From: Octopus bimaculoides
Lineage: Eukaryota
Direction: 5' to 3'
NCBI RefSeq assembly: GCF_001194135.2
Contig: NC_069010.1
Coordinates: forward strand, 8,304,618-8,368,617
Length of the DNA stretch: 64,000 nucleotides
Each line of letters starts with the position of its first letter. The stretch's first letter is position 1. The position numbers and the translations under genes are program-made. A model generated the notes under the pieces. It saw only the letters and a list, made by a program, of their open reading frames with translations, was not told the origin of the DNA and searched no databases. This document shows, one piece after another, positions 14,014 to 27,900 of the stretch.

Positions 14014-17000
14014 CAGAATGGTTGGGATCCTTCCGACATGTTCAGAACTAATTATGAGCAATTCAATGTGATATCTACATATGATGAAAACTTATCACAA
14101 TACACGTGAGTTCTCCACTGGCTTTCTTTCTCTCTGTCCCCGTGTCCGGTCGTCCGTCTCTGTCTGTATTTCTCATTCTTGTTCCGTTTTAGTTTTAGTT
14201 TGTTTCTTTTCATACGTGTCCTCGCCCCACTCCACTGTCTCTTCCTCTGTCGCAGGACTCCATTAGAAAGACGTGATACTAAGGAATATAAAGAACGAGA
14301 AGAAGCTGCTGCCAAACTGGCTGACGAAATCGAGAGAAGTGACAGTTACAAACACAGGATATCGTTGGAGAATGGCGAGGGGGAAGACGAGGAGAAATTT
14401 GCAGCCGTCGTCAAACCAGAGCAACAGCAACAGCAGCAGCAACAACAAAGTAGTAACGCCCCTGGAAGGTAGGCTAAAACGGTTTTATATGATTTTAAAC
14501 TTGTCGTCGTCATTCTTTTTAGTCCTAACCCGTTGTGTTCACAGCAGTATGCCTGTATCGATGTTGATTTTGTGAATCCCCTATATACATTCAGCCAGTC
14601 AGGTATCCAAGTCCTGGGGTCGATTTATTCGACTAAAAGGTGGTACTCCAGCAGGGCTGCAGTCAAATGACTGAAACAAGTAAAAGAGTATATATCATCA
14701 TCATCATCATCGTCATCATCCTTTAACGTCCGCTGTCCAAGTTGGCATGGGTTGGACAGTTTGACCAGAGCTGGCAAGCCACAGCTCCAGTCTAATTTGG
14801 CATAGTTTCCATGGCTGGATGCCCTTGCTAATGCTAACCACTTTACAGTGTGTTGGGTTCCTTTATGTGGCACTTTATACGTGGCACCAGGACAGGATTC
14901 GCCCATGCCAATCCTCTTCCCCAGGGGGGCACTGGCCTTAACACTTCTGCTGTGTGGGACGTGTCTTCTTGAGTACAGTAAGGTGCCTTCAGTATCTCAT
15001 CTGAAAGGCTCAGCATCCTGAGGCTGTTGTTCAGTACTTCATCCTATGTCTTCCTGGGCCTCCCCTTCTTCCACGTGCTCCATCTGCTTTGAGAGATGGG
15101 CACTTTGTGGACCTGTTGGCATCCATCTGCATTACATGACCAAACCAACAGAATCTTGTTCCCTTGCACACAGCATCTAATTCCTCGTATGCCCTTTGTC
15201 AAACATGTACACTTACATTACACATCCAGCAGAGCATACTAGCCTCATTCCTCTCTAACTTTCGCACGCCTTTGGTATTATTCAGGGCCTACACCTCACC
15301 CCTATCTAGAATTGTTGTTTGTATACATGTGTGGAGGCGCAATGGCCCAGTGGTTAGGGCAGCGGACTCGCGGTCATAGGATCGCGGTATCGATTCCCAG
15401 ACCAGGCGTTGTGAGTGTTTATTGAGCGAAAACACCTAAAAGCTCCATGAGGCTCCGGCAGGGGATGGTGGTGAACCCTGCTGTACTCTTTCACCACAAC
15501 TTTCTCTCACTCTTACTTCCTGTTTCTGTTGTACCTGTAATTCAAAGGGGCCAGCCTTGTCACACTCTGTGTCACGCTGAATATCCCCGAGAACTGCGTT
15601 AAGGGTACACATGTCTGTGGAGTGCTCAGCCACTTGCACGTTAATTTCACGAGCAGGCTGATCGGATCAACTGGAACCCTCGACGTCGTAAGCGACGGAG
15701 TGCCAACACAACAACATGTGTCATACAAACTTTCACTCTGGTTAGCCACAGAATCTGAATCTTCTTGGGTGTTGTTTTTAAATGACTGTTCGGGGGTTTG
15801 GCTGCTGTTTCTAGCTTTTCATTGAATGCATTGTGGTTTTTTGTTGCTGTTTATTTCTGTCTCTTGTTTTGGTTTTCCAGAAATGCAGTCCCCCTGCGTA
15901 AAGTCCCCAGTCGAGGCGGAATGGTAGGCACCGGTAGTACGGGTGTCCGTGGGAGCAGCCTGTCTCCGAACAACATGAGTACTAGTCAAGCACTGAGCAA
16001 CAGTAGTAGTAGTAGTATTAGCAGCAGCAGCAACAGTAACAGCAGCAACAGCGTTAGCAGCAGTAACAACACCACCAACAACAACACCACTACTACTACT
16101 ACTACTACTACAACTAACAGCAACAACANNNNNNNNNNCATGACCCACCATCACCAGCAGCAGCAGCAGCAGCAGCCGCCGGCCACGGCCACCGTCGCCG
16201 ACCCGAGCCCGCAGCCGTCTATTGTTGCCCAGCAGATAACCTCAATGTTGCCACCGCAACTTCAACAGAATCACAGTAATTACAACCCTTCTCGAGAAGC
16301 GCTGCCCTCACAGCCACAGTCCCTGCCCCTACAAACGCAAATCACAAAGAGTCACGACTCCCCTTCCGATTCATCAAATATGGAACAACTCAAAGTGAAT
16401 GGATGTGAGTTTGGTCAAATTCTTTATTCACTCTTTAATTGTGCGTCTTTTATTCTCTTGCTTGTTTCAGTCACGCGACTGTGACCGTGACCGTGCTGGG
16501 GCACCGCCTTGAAGGGCTTTAAGTCGAACAGTGGCACCCATGCCGGTGACGCGTAAAAAGCACCATTCAAGCGTGGTCGATGCCAGTGGCACGTAAAAAG
16601 TACCCACTACAGTCTCGGAGTGGTTGGCCTTAGGAAGGGCATCCAGCTGTAGAAACCTTGCCACCTCAGATTGGAGCCTGGTGCAGCCTCCTGGCTTGCC
16701 AGTCCTCAGTCAAACTGTCCAACCCATGCCAGCATGGAAAGCGGATGTTAAGCAATGATCATGATGAGGAAATCTACCCAAGGACTTATATCTTAAGCCT
16801 TGTACTTACTTCATCATACTCTTTTGCCAACTGAATGAACTGGTGCAACATGAAATAAAGTGTCTTGCTCAAGGACACAACACGTCGCCAGGAATCAGTC
16901 TCAATCTTAGAATTGTGAACCAGATATCCTAACCATGATAAAATGCATGTCCATGTATTTAGGTGTGAGTGTGTATGTGTGTGTAAAATTATGTAATATA

Positions 17001-20000
17001 TATATATATGTGTGTATATTTTGTAGCTTCTGAGAAGGAAGACAAAGAAATCCTCAGCAACCGGTCTCATATTGTGCCTGCCGATAACAGAGAAATTGTA
17101 CCTGCTTCTCCTTTATCAGGCCTCGATGAATCAAGAAGGAATTCAAATTCAAAAGGTTATTATTATTGTTGTTGTTGTTCTTGTTATTATTAGGCTATTA
17201 CATGCTATATTAGTTAAAAGATGTTGTCTTGAGGTTTGGTGACAAGAAGTTTCCTCAAATCTTAAGAATTTTTCATAGGATTTTTTTTTTTTTTTCTTAA
17301 AATATAAGATGATGTGGCTCCTGTGCAGGTGACACGTAAAATACACCATTTCGAGTGTGGCTGTTGCCAATAAGACATTCGAGCGAGATCGTTGCCGGTG
17401 ACCCTGGACTGGCTCTTGTGCGGGTGGCATGTAAAATACACCATTTTGAGCATGGCCGTTGCCAGTACCGCCTGACTGACCCTCGTGCCAGTGGCACATA
17501 AAAGCACCCACTATACTCTCGGAGTGGTTGGCGTTAGGAAGGGCATCCAGCTGTAGAAACTCTGCCAAATCACATTGAGGCCTGGTGTTGCCTCCTGGTT
17601 CACCAGTCCTCAGTTAAATAGTCCAACCCATGCTAGCATGGAAAGCGGACGTTAAACGACGACGATGACAGTATTCTGAAGGTCAACAGTGCATATCTCA
17701 GTTCCCGTATCCTTCAGCCTCTTAGACAGCTGTCAACTAACTGCTCGTGGCAGTTCACACACTTCTTTACTTATTGAAATCCGTTAGTCCACCTTCAGTC
17801 ACGTGGTGGGTGTAAAGGATTCTCCCTAGCTGCATTGCTTCCAACCCCATCACATTTTGCCAAGGCCAGCTTTGCCCTCCATCCTTGCCAGGATCAATAA
17901 ACTATGTAAACTGTTGAGCACTGGGCTTGATGTAACCAACTTAGCCATGCCCCTAAAAGTGCTGGCCTTAAGCCAAATATTGCAACCATTAGTAGTAGTA
18001 GTAGCAATAGTAATGTATACCTGTCACTACTTCCCGACTTATTCCCATATCTTATCTATTCATGCTTACATATCTTAAGACATACATTTGTGTATATATC
18101 TTATCTTCAGGTGCATTTTTGTGTTTGCCCATAAATGCATGTACACAAGTTATTATCTCATATTACAAGATAACTTCATGTGAACATAATTAATATGGAA
18201 GCAATTACAGTTGCCAGCAAAATTTTGTGAGTGGTGAAGGGTGGTTTTGAATGAGACTTTTCTTTTTTCTTTTTCTTAACATTTTTATTTTAAAGAGGTG
18301 TTTTTTTTATATATATTAAACATGGAACTATACATAGTTGTCATACAACCTTATTTATTTCTTTCCCTCTCAACAGATCGAGCTTCCGAAATAGAAGCCT
18401 ACAAAACATTTAGTTCACATATTAAGGTAAGTTGGTTTTGATTCTTCTGCAGTTGTCTATTTCAAAGTGTTTCTATTTGAAGGAAGGGCATCCAGCTGTA
18501 AAAACCATGCCACAACAGACAACCGGAGTCTGGGCAGCTGCTCAACTGGCCAGGCCCTGTCAAACCATCAGAACATCACCCCTCTGCTACAATTATATTT
18601 TCAACTTTCCTCTACCTTCAGCTAACATTTTTAACCACATAATAAGTGTTACATTCCCCCTACCTCACGTCATGGACGCTTCTCTTTCCCTCTTGTTCTT
18701 TCTCCCTCTTTCTGTTTCCCTCTTCGCCTTATCCTCTTTTTGTCTTCTTTCTCCTCTCTTTCCCTTCAACTAATCACATGAATACATTACAGTTACATTC
18801 CATCTACCTCACGCCATAAACGCTTCTCTTTCCCTCTTTTTCTCTCTCGCTCCCTCTCTTTTTCTAATCCCGTGAAAGCGTTACCAATGTGCTAAGTTAA
18901 TGCAACGACAAGCAGAATTATTATAAGAAGAATATATCTTATGCATATGCGTGTGTACGCACCTGAATGTATAGATCTATATGTATGTGTATATTACATG
19001 TGTATTTAAAAGAAAGTTAGTCATCTTCGGTTGGTTGTTTTTTCCTCGCATTCGGTACTAAATGTGGTTATTTTGGGAAGTCCAGTGTGTGGCATTATTT
19101 TACTGTAGTAATGCCCATTATATAAATATAAACAAATAATTATATTCTTGGGAATAGAAATTTCCCTTATGAATTTTTTTTACACACTGGCTTCTTGATA
19201 AAATTCTTGTAAAAAGAGTTTTATCCCTTTTTCGAATTTATTAATCAAATATATATATATATATATATATATATANNNNNNNNNNNNNNNNNNNNNNNNN
19301 NNNNNNNNNNNNNNNNNNNNNNNNNNNNNNNNNNNNNNNNNNNNNNNNNNNNNNNNNNNNNNNNNNNNNNNNNNNNNNNNNNNNNNNNNNNNNNNNNNNN
19401 NNNNNNNNNNNNNNNNNNNNNNNNNNNNNNNNNNNNNNNNNNNNNNNNNNNNNNNNNNNNNNNNNNNNNNNNNNNNNNNNNNNNNNNNNNNNNNNNNNNN
19501 NNNNNNNNNNNNNNNNNNNNNNNNNNNNNNNNNNNNNNNNNNNNNNNNNNNNNNNNNNNNNNNNNNNNNNNNNNNNNNNNNNNNNNNNNNNNNNNNNNNN
19601 NNNNNNNNNNNNNNNNNCTCTGTCTCTTTTGAATATGAAAATTTAAAAGTTTAAAAACCTTATAATATATATATATATATATATATTATAAGGATTTTAA
19701 CTTTTAAATTTTCATATTCAAAAGTTACTGGATAAGTTTGGCACAGAAATGTTAACATAGAGTGGTGAATAAATCGATATATCGAGTTTGAAATCTCTGT
19801 CTCTTTTGAATATGAAAATTTAAAAGTTCAAAAACCTTATAATATAAATATAAACTGTGAGAACGACCCTTAAGGAATCTAGTTAATGATCTCCTAAGGT
19901 AAGTTCTTATGCTATATTGGTAACGGTTGCTACATCCTCTGGAAAAATTATTATATATATATATTTGTATATACCTCTGTGTATACATAGAATATTTAGA

Positions 20001-23000
20001 TGAATGTATGTTACGTACGTGTGTATGTATAACGTTTTTATATATATATATATCTATATACATATTTCAGTTAACTGGAAGTTATAAAGACAAAGAAAAA
20101 GGAGAGAAAGGTGAGCGTCAGGAGAAATCAGAAGAGCGGAAAGATTTGGAGAAGAGCAAAGAATTTGAGAAAACTGATAAGCTATCACAGTGAGTACTGC
20201 TCCATGGTGATCATCATCATCTTGATTGAATATATTCCACTTGCGACCATCCTGACTTTTTATTCAGGCACAAGTGTATTGAGGACTGCATTGTCTAATG
20301 TATAGGTTTTTCAACGGGCTCCGTTTGGAACTCGAGGAGGGGTGGGGGTGCGTTTTGAAAGAGCCACTCTTTCGATAGACGACACATTGATCTCACAAGT
20401 GTCCCATGGTGGGAGTAAATGCAATTACCAAACTTTCAATTTGTCCATCTGTACTCCCGACTACATAGAAGCGCATATGTAAAACTACGTCCTTTATGTT
20501 TTTTAATCATTATCTGCTGATATCAAAAGAAGTAGTATATCGAAGAATAAAAATATTTTCTAGGGGGGGGGGGGNNNNNNNNNNNCTTTTGGCCGAAATG
20601 GGTTCAGAACGCAGTGGGACTGAACCCGGAACCATGTAGTTGGTAAGCAAGCTACTTTACCACACAGCCACTCCTGCGCCTATAAAAGATGAAAATATTT
20701 TGTGTGTTGGTGGAAGTATAACCAACATAATTTAAACAGCAAAATCTTACGTAGACCCTCAAGGGTCATATGGCCACTGGTTTAGAACCACTTTTTTCCT
20801 AGGAAGAGAAAAATCATGGGCGCAGCCATCTCTCCTTACTAAGACATAAAACAGCAGCCAGTACACTGCAAGGTGTGTAGCATTAGGAAGGGTATCAAGC
20901 ATTAAGGACCTTGCTGAAGCAGACAGTGGGTTTTGGTGCAGTCCTCTGGGCATCTCTGAAACCGTCCATCACCTGCCAGCATGGAGAATGAATGTTAACC
21001 CTTTAACATTCAAACTGGCCAGATCTGGACTCTTGCACCTGTCGTACAATATCTTTCTAAAACTAAGCAATCTCACCTCATGAGAATATCGTGGCCGGTG
21101 GCACGTAAAAAGGCACCCACTACACTCTCAGAGTGGTTGGCGTTAGGAAGGGCATCCAGCTGTAGAAACTTTGCCAGATCAGATTGGAGCCTGGTGTAGC
21201 CATCCGGTTTTCGCCAGTCCTCAGTCAAATCGTCCAACCCATGCTAGCATGGAAAGCAGACGTTAAACGACGACGATGATGATGATGAAGAAGATAATTC
21301 AAAACAATGTGAATACTAATGGTTTACATGATGATGATAATGCTTGTAATTCCACTTAATGTTCTTTATTTTTCTTTCAGAAAAGTCAAAAATTCTACCT
21401 TAAACCCGAATGCAAAGGAATTTAATCCCAAGAGTTACCCACAGGTATGTTTTAATTTTGTTTTTATTTATTTTTTTCACTTCCTATTGTTAATTCCTTC
21501 CCTACACACTCCTTTGTACAAGCTATAAAGATGCTAGCAAACTAGTTGTTGTTGTCGGCACTCCGTCGCTTGCGACGTCGAGGGTTCCAGTTGATCCGAT
21601 CAACGGAACAGCCTGCTCGTGAAATTAACGTGCAAGTCGCTGAGCACTCCACAGACACGTGTACCCTTAACGTAGTTCTCGGGGGATATTCAGCGTGACA
21701 CAGTGTGTGACAAGGCTGACCCTTTGAATTACAGGCACAACAGAAACAGGAAGTAAGAGTGAGAGAAAGTTGTGGTGGAAGAGTACAGCAGGGTTCACCA
21801 CCATCCCCTGCCGGAGCCTCGTGGAGCTTTAGGTGTTTTCGCTCAATAAACACTCACAGCACCCGGTCTGGGAATCAAAACCGCGAGTCCGCTACCTTAA
21901 CCACTGGGCCATTGCGTCTCCACTAGCAAACTAGACGTAGACAGCATATCGGGTATTATTGACCTGCTCTTTCTCTCTCCCCCCCCCCACAAAATTACTG
22001 GCCTTGTGCCAAAATTAGAATTATTATTGGTTTATTTATGTAATTTGTTTGTTTGATTTTTCTTGTTTTCAGAAACACTGTGTGCAGACCCCAACGCCAC
22101 CACGGCCTCAAACTCAAAGTCCTGTGCCGTTACCTTCGATGCCATCAGCTATGCAAGGGCAACAGCTCTACACCCAGTACATTGTACCCAGTGTTATGTC
22201 CATGCCTACTGCCACACCGCAGCAGGCTACCAACCAGAATAACAGGTTCAACGCAGCAAAACGTGGTAATTCCTTCCTTGAATTTTGATTTAAATGTGCG
22301 ACTTGGTCTGTTGATAGTCTGTGTGTGTAAATGTTACTTCTGTTTATGATTCTCTGCTTCTCCCTGCCTCACCTCATTCTCAGATTATGAAGAGAAACCG
22401 TTCCCTTTCATCGCCATCATCATTTAGTGTCTGCCTTCCATGCTGGTATGATTTGGACGGTTTGACAGGGGCCAGGCAGGTAGAAGACTACACCGCGCTA
22501 CTGCGCTTGTTTGGGCGTGGTTTTTACAGCTGGATGCCCCTCTTAACTCCAACCATCCTGTAGAGTGGACTCAGTGCTTTTTACGTGGCACCAGAACAGG
22601 TGAGGTCAGTTCTGGCATGGTTTTTACAGCTGGATGCCCTTCCACATGCCAACCACTTCACAGTGTGAACTGGATGCTTTTTATGTGGCACTGACATGGT
22701 CACCAAGTAACTTAAAAGACAAGGAATTTTGGGAGAGGAGGTAATCTTGTGTCATGATGAAAGATTATAGTGAGTCAGAGAGACAGAACCAGGTGTCTTG
22801 CTATAGAGGTGGGGATCTTGTGTCACATGATGATAGATTATAGTGTGACAGAGAGGCAGAAACAGGTGAACGAGTTGTCTTGTTGTTGTTGTTGTCAAGA
22901 TATTTACCCCCTCTTTTTCTTTCTTTTTCAGCGATCGTGCCTGTTCCTCGGCATGACTATACTGCTCAGGCCGCAGCCGCCGCTGCCACGGGGCCCCCAC

Positions 23001-24875
23001 TTCTGGCTCAAACCAACATCCCCGCACCGTATTTCCCTTACTACCAACTTCCGCAGCCCACGCACACGCCGTACACTCAGGTAGGTATACATTTATACAC
23101 GTATTTTTTTTTTGTTTATATATGCACATATTTAATACTTTGGTTTTGGGCGATAAGGCCGAACACAAAAAAAGGCTAAATTTCAGATAAGACAAAGTGC
23201 AACAGGCCACGATTATGGCTGTCAGGCACAGGTCGACAGGCCACAACTGTGGCCCAGATAGATGCATTTAATTTATGGGCGTTTGCTGGGGGTCTTATGT
23301 CACTCAAACGCTCCAGTATCCACCAGAATGCAAGAGGACTAATTGTTCAACTAATGACTTTTCAGATGATGTAAAACTTGCCACCATTATATACTGAGAA
23401 GATATTTTAACTATTCTTTGTGTTTTTATGTGTGCATGGCAGTCTCGTTTTCATAAAATGTGCTCAGCAGTCCATGCTATGTAAGTGCAAATCCCAGCAC
23501 TTCATGGGTTAAACCCAGGAAGACATGGGACAAGGTGGTGAACCGTGATCATCGAACTTTAGGCCTCACAGAGGCAAGGACTAGTGACCAAGGCCTTTGG
23601 CGATATGTTGTGCTTGACCACCGAGATCAACTTTGCCTTTCATCCTTTCAGGATTGAATAAATTAAATACTATTGCATACTGGGGGTCGATCTAATCAAC
23701 TGCCCCCTCCCCCCTCCCCATAAATTTCAAGCCTTGTGCCTAGAGTAGAAAAAGAATCTGTCGTGCTTGAGAAAACCCGACAAGTATTTGAGTTTGGAAT
23801 GGAAGTCTTTAAATGGAAGAGTGATATGTTGTTAGATTCTGAAATAGCATTTCATGCACGTTTGTATTTAAACGGGAAATTAACCAGTTTAGTATTCAAA
23901 CTGGCCATAACCGGCCAAAATATTCCAACTGTTTTATGTTCCTTCCAACCAACCAACCAGATCCAGCTTCTCACACCTTCCGTACAATGTCATTCTAAAT
24001 ATAAACAACCACTTCATGAAAATCTCAGTGTTACAAGGCAATACCTGATTAACTGAAAGCAATGGGAATAAATAAGGATTACATTTGACAGGGTTTATCT
24101 GAATGTTGAATGGTAAAAGGTCCGATAATGATTAGCTTTGAAATGGAAGTTTAAACACACTTCTTAGCATTTAATCTGGCCTCATCCAGCCCAAATGTTG
24201 TTTGTTTTGCATTTAAACTGACCACTTCCAGCCTCTGACACCAAATTCAAAACCATTTGAATAAAATAAGCTTAAACAATCTGAATGGTGAAGGGTTAAA
24301 TATACTTGATTCTGAAATGGGGTGTTTAAATACACATAGGCATTTAGAGGCTTGTAATGGCAGCTGAAACACTTAGCGAATATTGAACAGAAGAAAAATA
24401 ACCCCCTTAGCTGGATACAAATAGATCAGCAAAATTCTAGTTTTGTATTAACAGCAGATATTTTAACTCTTAAATGCCTGGACCACAACAACTGTTCCTG
24501 AGTCTTGAACCATGCATAACCACATTTCAAATAGTGTTGTTTAAGGGTGATAAAACAGGAACTAAGAATTCTTTTCAATGAGAAATAAAGTTTAGCTTTT
24601 GTTTTAGTTTTTTTTTTTCCAAAAGACTTCGTGTTTGTTTGTTTGTTGTTGTTTATTCAATGAACTTGGATTTTTCTCTTGTCTCCGTTTTTTTTTGTTT
24701 TTTTTTTTGAGCTCCGTAGTGGGTATAACCGTGGGTGGTGAGTTAGAATTTGGTGGTGTTATGATGGTGCAGGCCCCTGGCTGTATGGTTGAGAAGCTTG
24801 CTTTCCAGTCCCACCTTAGGGGCCCAAAGAAAGCCTTGTGAGTGGGTTTGGTGAAACTGGAATTGAAAGAAACCT

Positions 24876-24914
<39 letters not shown>

Positions 24915-24947
24915 GTTTGTATATGTGTGTGTGTATGTATATCTGTA

Positions 24948-24992
<45 letters not shown>

Positions 24993-27900
24993 ATGTGTAT
25001 ATATGTATATCTATATGTGTATATATATATATATGTATATGTGTGTGTATATATGTACGTGTGTGTGTGTATTACTGTTGTTTGTAAGGAGCTTATGGTG
25101 CTACTGTGTGAAAGGAGGCTGGTATTGTGGGGAGATCGTATTAGGGCAGATATTGCTCTAGTGTTTGTCTGAGGCAGTGGAGGAGTAATTACAAATATTC
25201 TCTCTCAAACCTTCGTTAGTTAGCAATTCTTAAAATCATTAACAGAATTGATTACCACTAACTAGAAATAGCAAGAACTTCACCGTAGATGATATATTTA
25301 AGAAAACAAAGAATATATATATTTCCTGTGTATGGAGTCTTTGCATCTTTTCATATTCCTTGATTTCAATTTCATATTTCTTAATTGAGGAGATCGTTAT
25401 CTCCCATCAAATTAACGGCCAACCAGAGGGTGTGTTACGCATGCGCTAATAGACTGGCTTTACTAAAACATATACTTCATGCATGCTTCATTACATTTTT
25501 ATTATTATTTCTTTTATTTTGCGTGTGAATTTTTTATTGTTAAAAACTTTTTTGCTTTGTTTTTTTATTTATTTTAAATTTTTATTTATTTCTATTGTTT
25601 GGTTTTTAGTCTGTTTTGTCTGTGCTTTGTCTGTCTCGGGTAGCAACTGGGTGGGAAATGTAAAGTTGCCAGCGAAAATATGGTATACAATCTTTTTTTT
25701 TTTTTTCTTTCTTTGGATTTGCATATTTGGCAAAGTAACTTGTGAGATGTCAACATTTTCATAACACCACTGCGTCCTTTTTGACATAAACCAAACATGG
25801 CTGTGTGGTTAAGAAGTTGGCTTTACAACCACATGGACTCGGGTTCAGTCCTTCTGCTTTGCATCTTTCAGTTTCCATCTACCAAATCTACTCACAAGGC
25901 TTTGGTCAGCCCGAAGCTATAGAAGAAAGACACTTGCCCAAGATGCCATGCAGTGGAACTGTCATGCTGAATCTCCTTGAGTACTACGTTAGGGGTACAC
26001 GTATCTGTGGAGTGCTCAGCCACTTGCACGCTAATTTCACGAGCAGGCTGTTCCGTTGATCAGATCAGCTGAGACCCTTGTTGTCGTAACCGACGGAGTG
26101 CTCCTATATATTATATTATGTATGTGTGCAAGTATACATGTGTCTGTGTGTGTGTGTGTGCATTTTTCAGAATCATCTTTTTATATTAAGGAAGTTGAAT
26201 TTTTTTTTTTTTTTTTTTTTAAGTCCCCTCTTGAAAGGGGTCAGCATGATTTTGTTCGGGTTTGTGCTTTAAGCTTACATTTAATTGTAACATCCAGCTG
26301 TAGAAACTCTGCCTAATCAGATTGGAGCCTGGTGTTGCCATCTGGTTTCACCAGTCCTCAGTCAAATCATCCAACCCATGCTAGCATGGAAAGCGGACGT
26401 TAAACGATGATGATGATGATGATTTGTGTGTGTGTGATGGAAGAAGCTGCAGATGGTGGAAATAACATTTGTAAAGCCAGATTAATAAAGCTTTTCCATT
26501 TTAAAGAGAGATTAACCCCAACAAAAAGCAATTGTACCTTGTTTAAAAAGTTGTTCTCGACCACTTTTTACCTACAGACCCCTTTCATTCTTATTTTACT
26601 CCAATGGTCCTTTATAACAATTTGATACTTAGAAAATCTTATATGCTTATAAATAAATATCATTAGAGGAATTGCATTAAAAAAAATAAAGATTCTTTGT
26701 GTCTTGTAGAATTATAACCAATTTATTGCGCACAAATTTTGACAACAATCTTATATGAAGCCCCAAGGGTCATGTGGCCCCCAGTTAGGAACCATTGGTT
26801 TAACCCTTTTGATACCAACCCAGCTGAAACCAGCTCTGGATCTATAGTAGAAATGTTTTGTTTTCTTAAGTTCAGAATTCAAATCTTCCGCCAAACTTTA
26901 GTCACAATTTATGTTCCTAACACTGGCTAATAACTAAGTTATTTTACTAAATTCTTTGTAATATTTAAAATTAATTGAAAGAAGCACAGAACATCTCAAC
27001 GAGCATTTCATTCTGGGTTCAAGTTCTGCTGTGGTCAACTTTGCCGTTCACCCTTTCAAGGTTGATGAAATAAGTACCAGTTATGCACTGGGATCAATAT
27101 GATCAACTTTACCCCTTCCCCCCAAATTTCAGGCCTTGTGCCAATGATAGAAAGGATTACTACTACTACTACTCTTCTATGTACTCAATGCCTACTAATA
27201 TTATTTCTTGTGTTGTGTGTTTATGTAAACCCTGTATTTTTTCTGCATGTGTTCTAATCATTCCCTAAGCACCACTTAATATAGGGACTGTTGCCAGTTT
27301 CCAATCCCTGCTTTCTGGTTACCTCCATTTCCAGATCTTTATATTTAGATAATTTTCTCCATTGGTTTTAGAGATACATTATCATCTATTGAGATTGATA
27401 TGTCAGTTAGGAATTATTTCTCTTCTTGGTGATCCTTGATAACAATATCTGGTCGATTGTTATCATTCTCTCCCTGTCTCTGTGTGTAGTATATCCCAGA
27501 GTATGGTTGCTTTGCCATTCTCTCTCTGACTTTTCCTGACATATATATCTTTATCTTTCCCTGTTGGTATTTCATAATGCTGCCATAGCTTCCAGTGTAA
27601 GTCCCAACCCTGCCAGGTCTGTAGATTGTATTCTTGGTTAAAACTAGGCAGCCAAAGTCAGCAATGTGGTTTACTGTTTATTCATTTCAACTTCTTCCGC
27701 AGTTAATGTATTTTGTTTCATTTACATACTTTCGGTGCTTTGTGATGTGGAGGCTTTGATCCTATACTGCAATCAAGAATGCTTCCATCTCAGTCAGTGT
27801 TATGAATTTCCTGTGTCCCCTTTGCCCTTTATCTGTCCCTTTCATACATCTGCCTTGTAGAGGTCTTTTCTTAATATTGTCACAACATTCTGCGACCCCA

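Noticed and set aside
15333-15410. SINE heads as functional tRNA genes
   Set aside because: A and B boxes are present but no complete cloverleaf, and each continues into a SINE body with tail and TSD.
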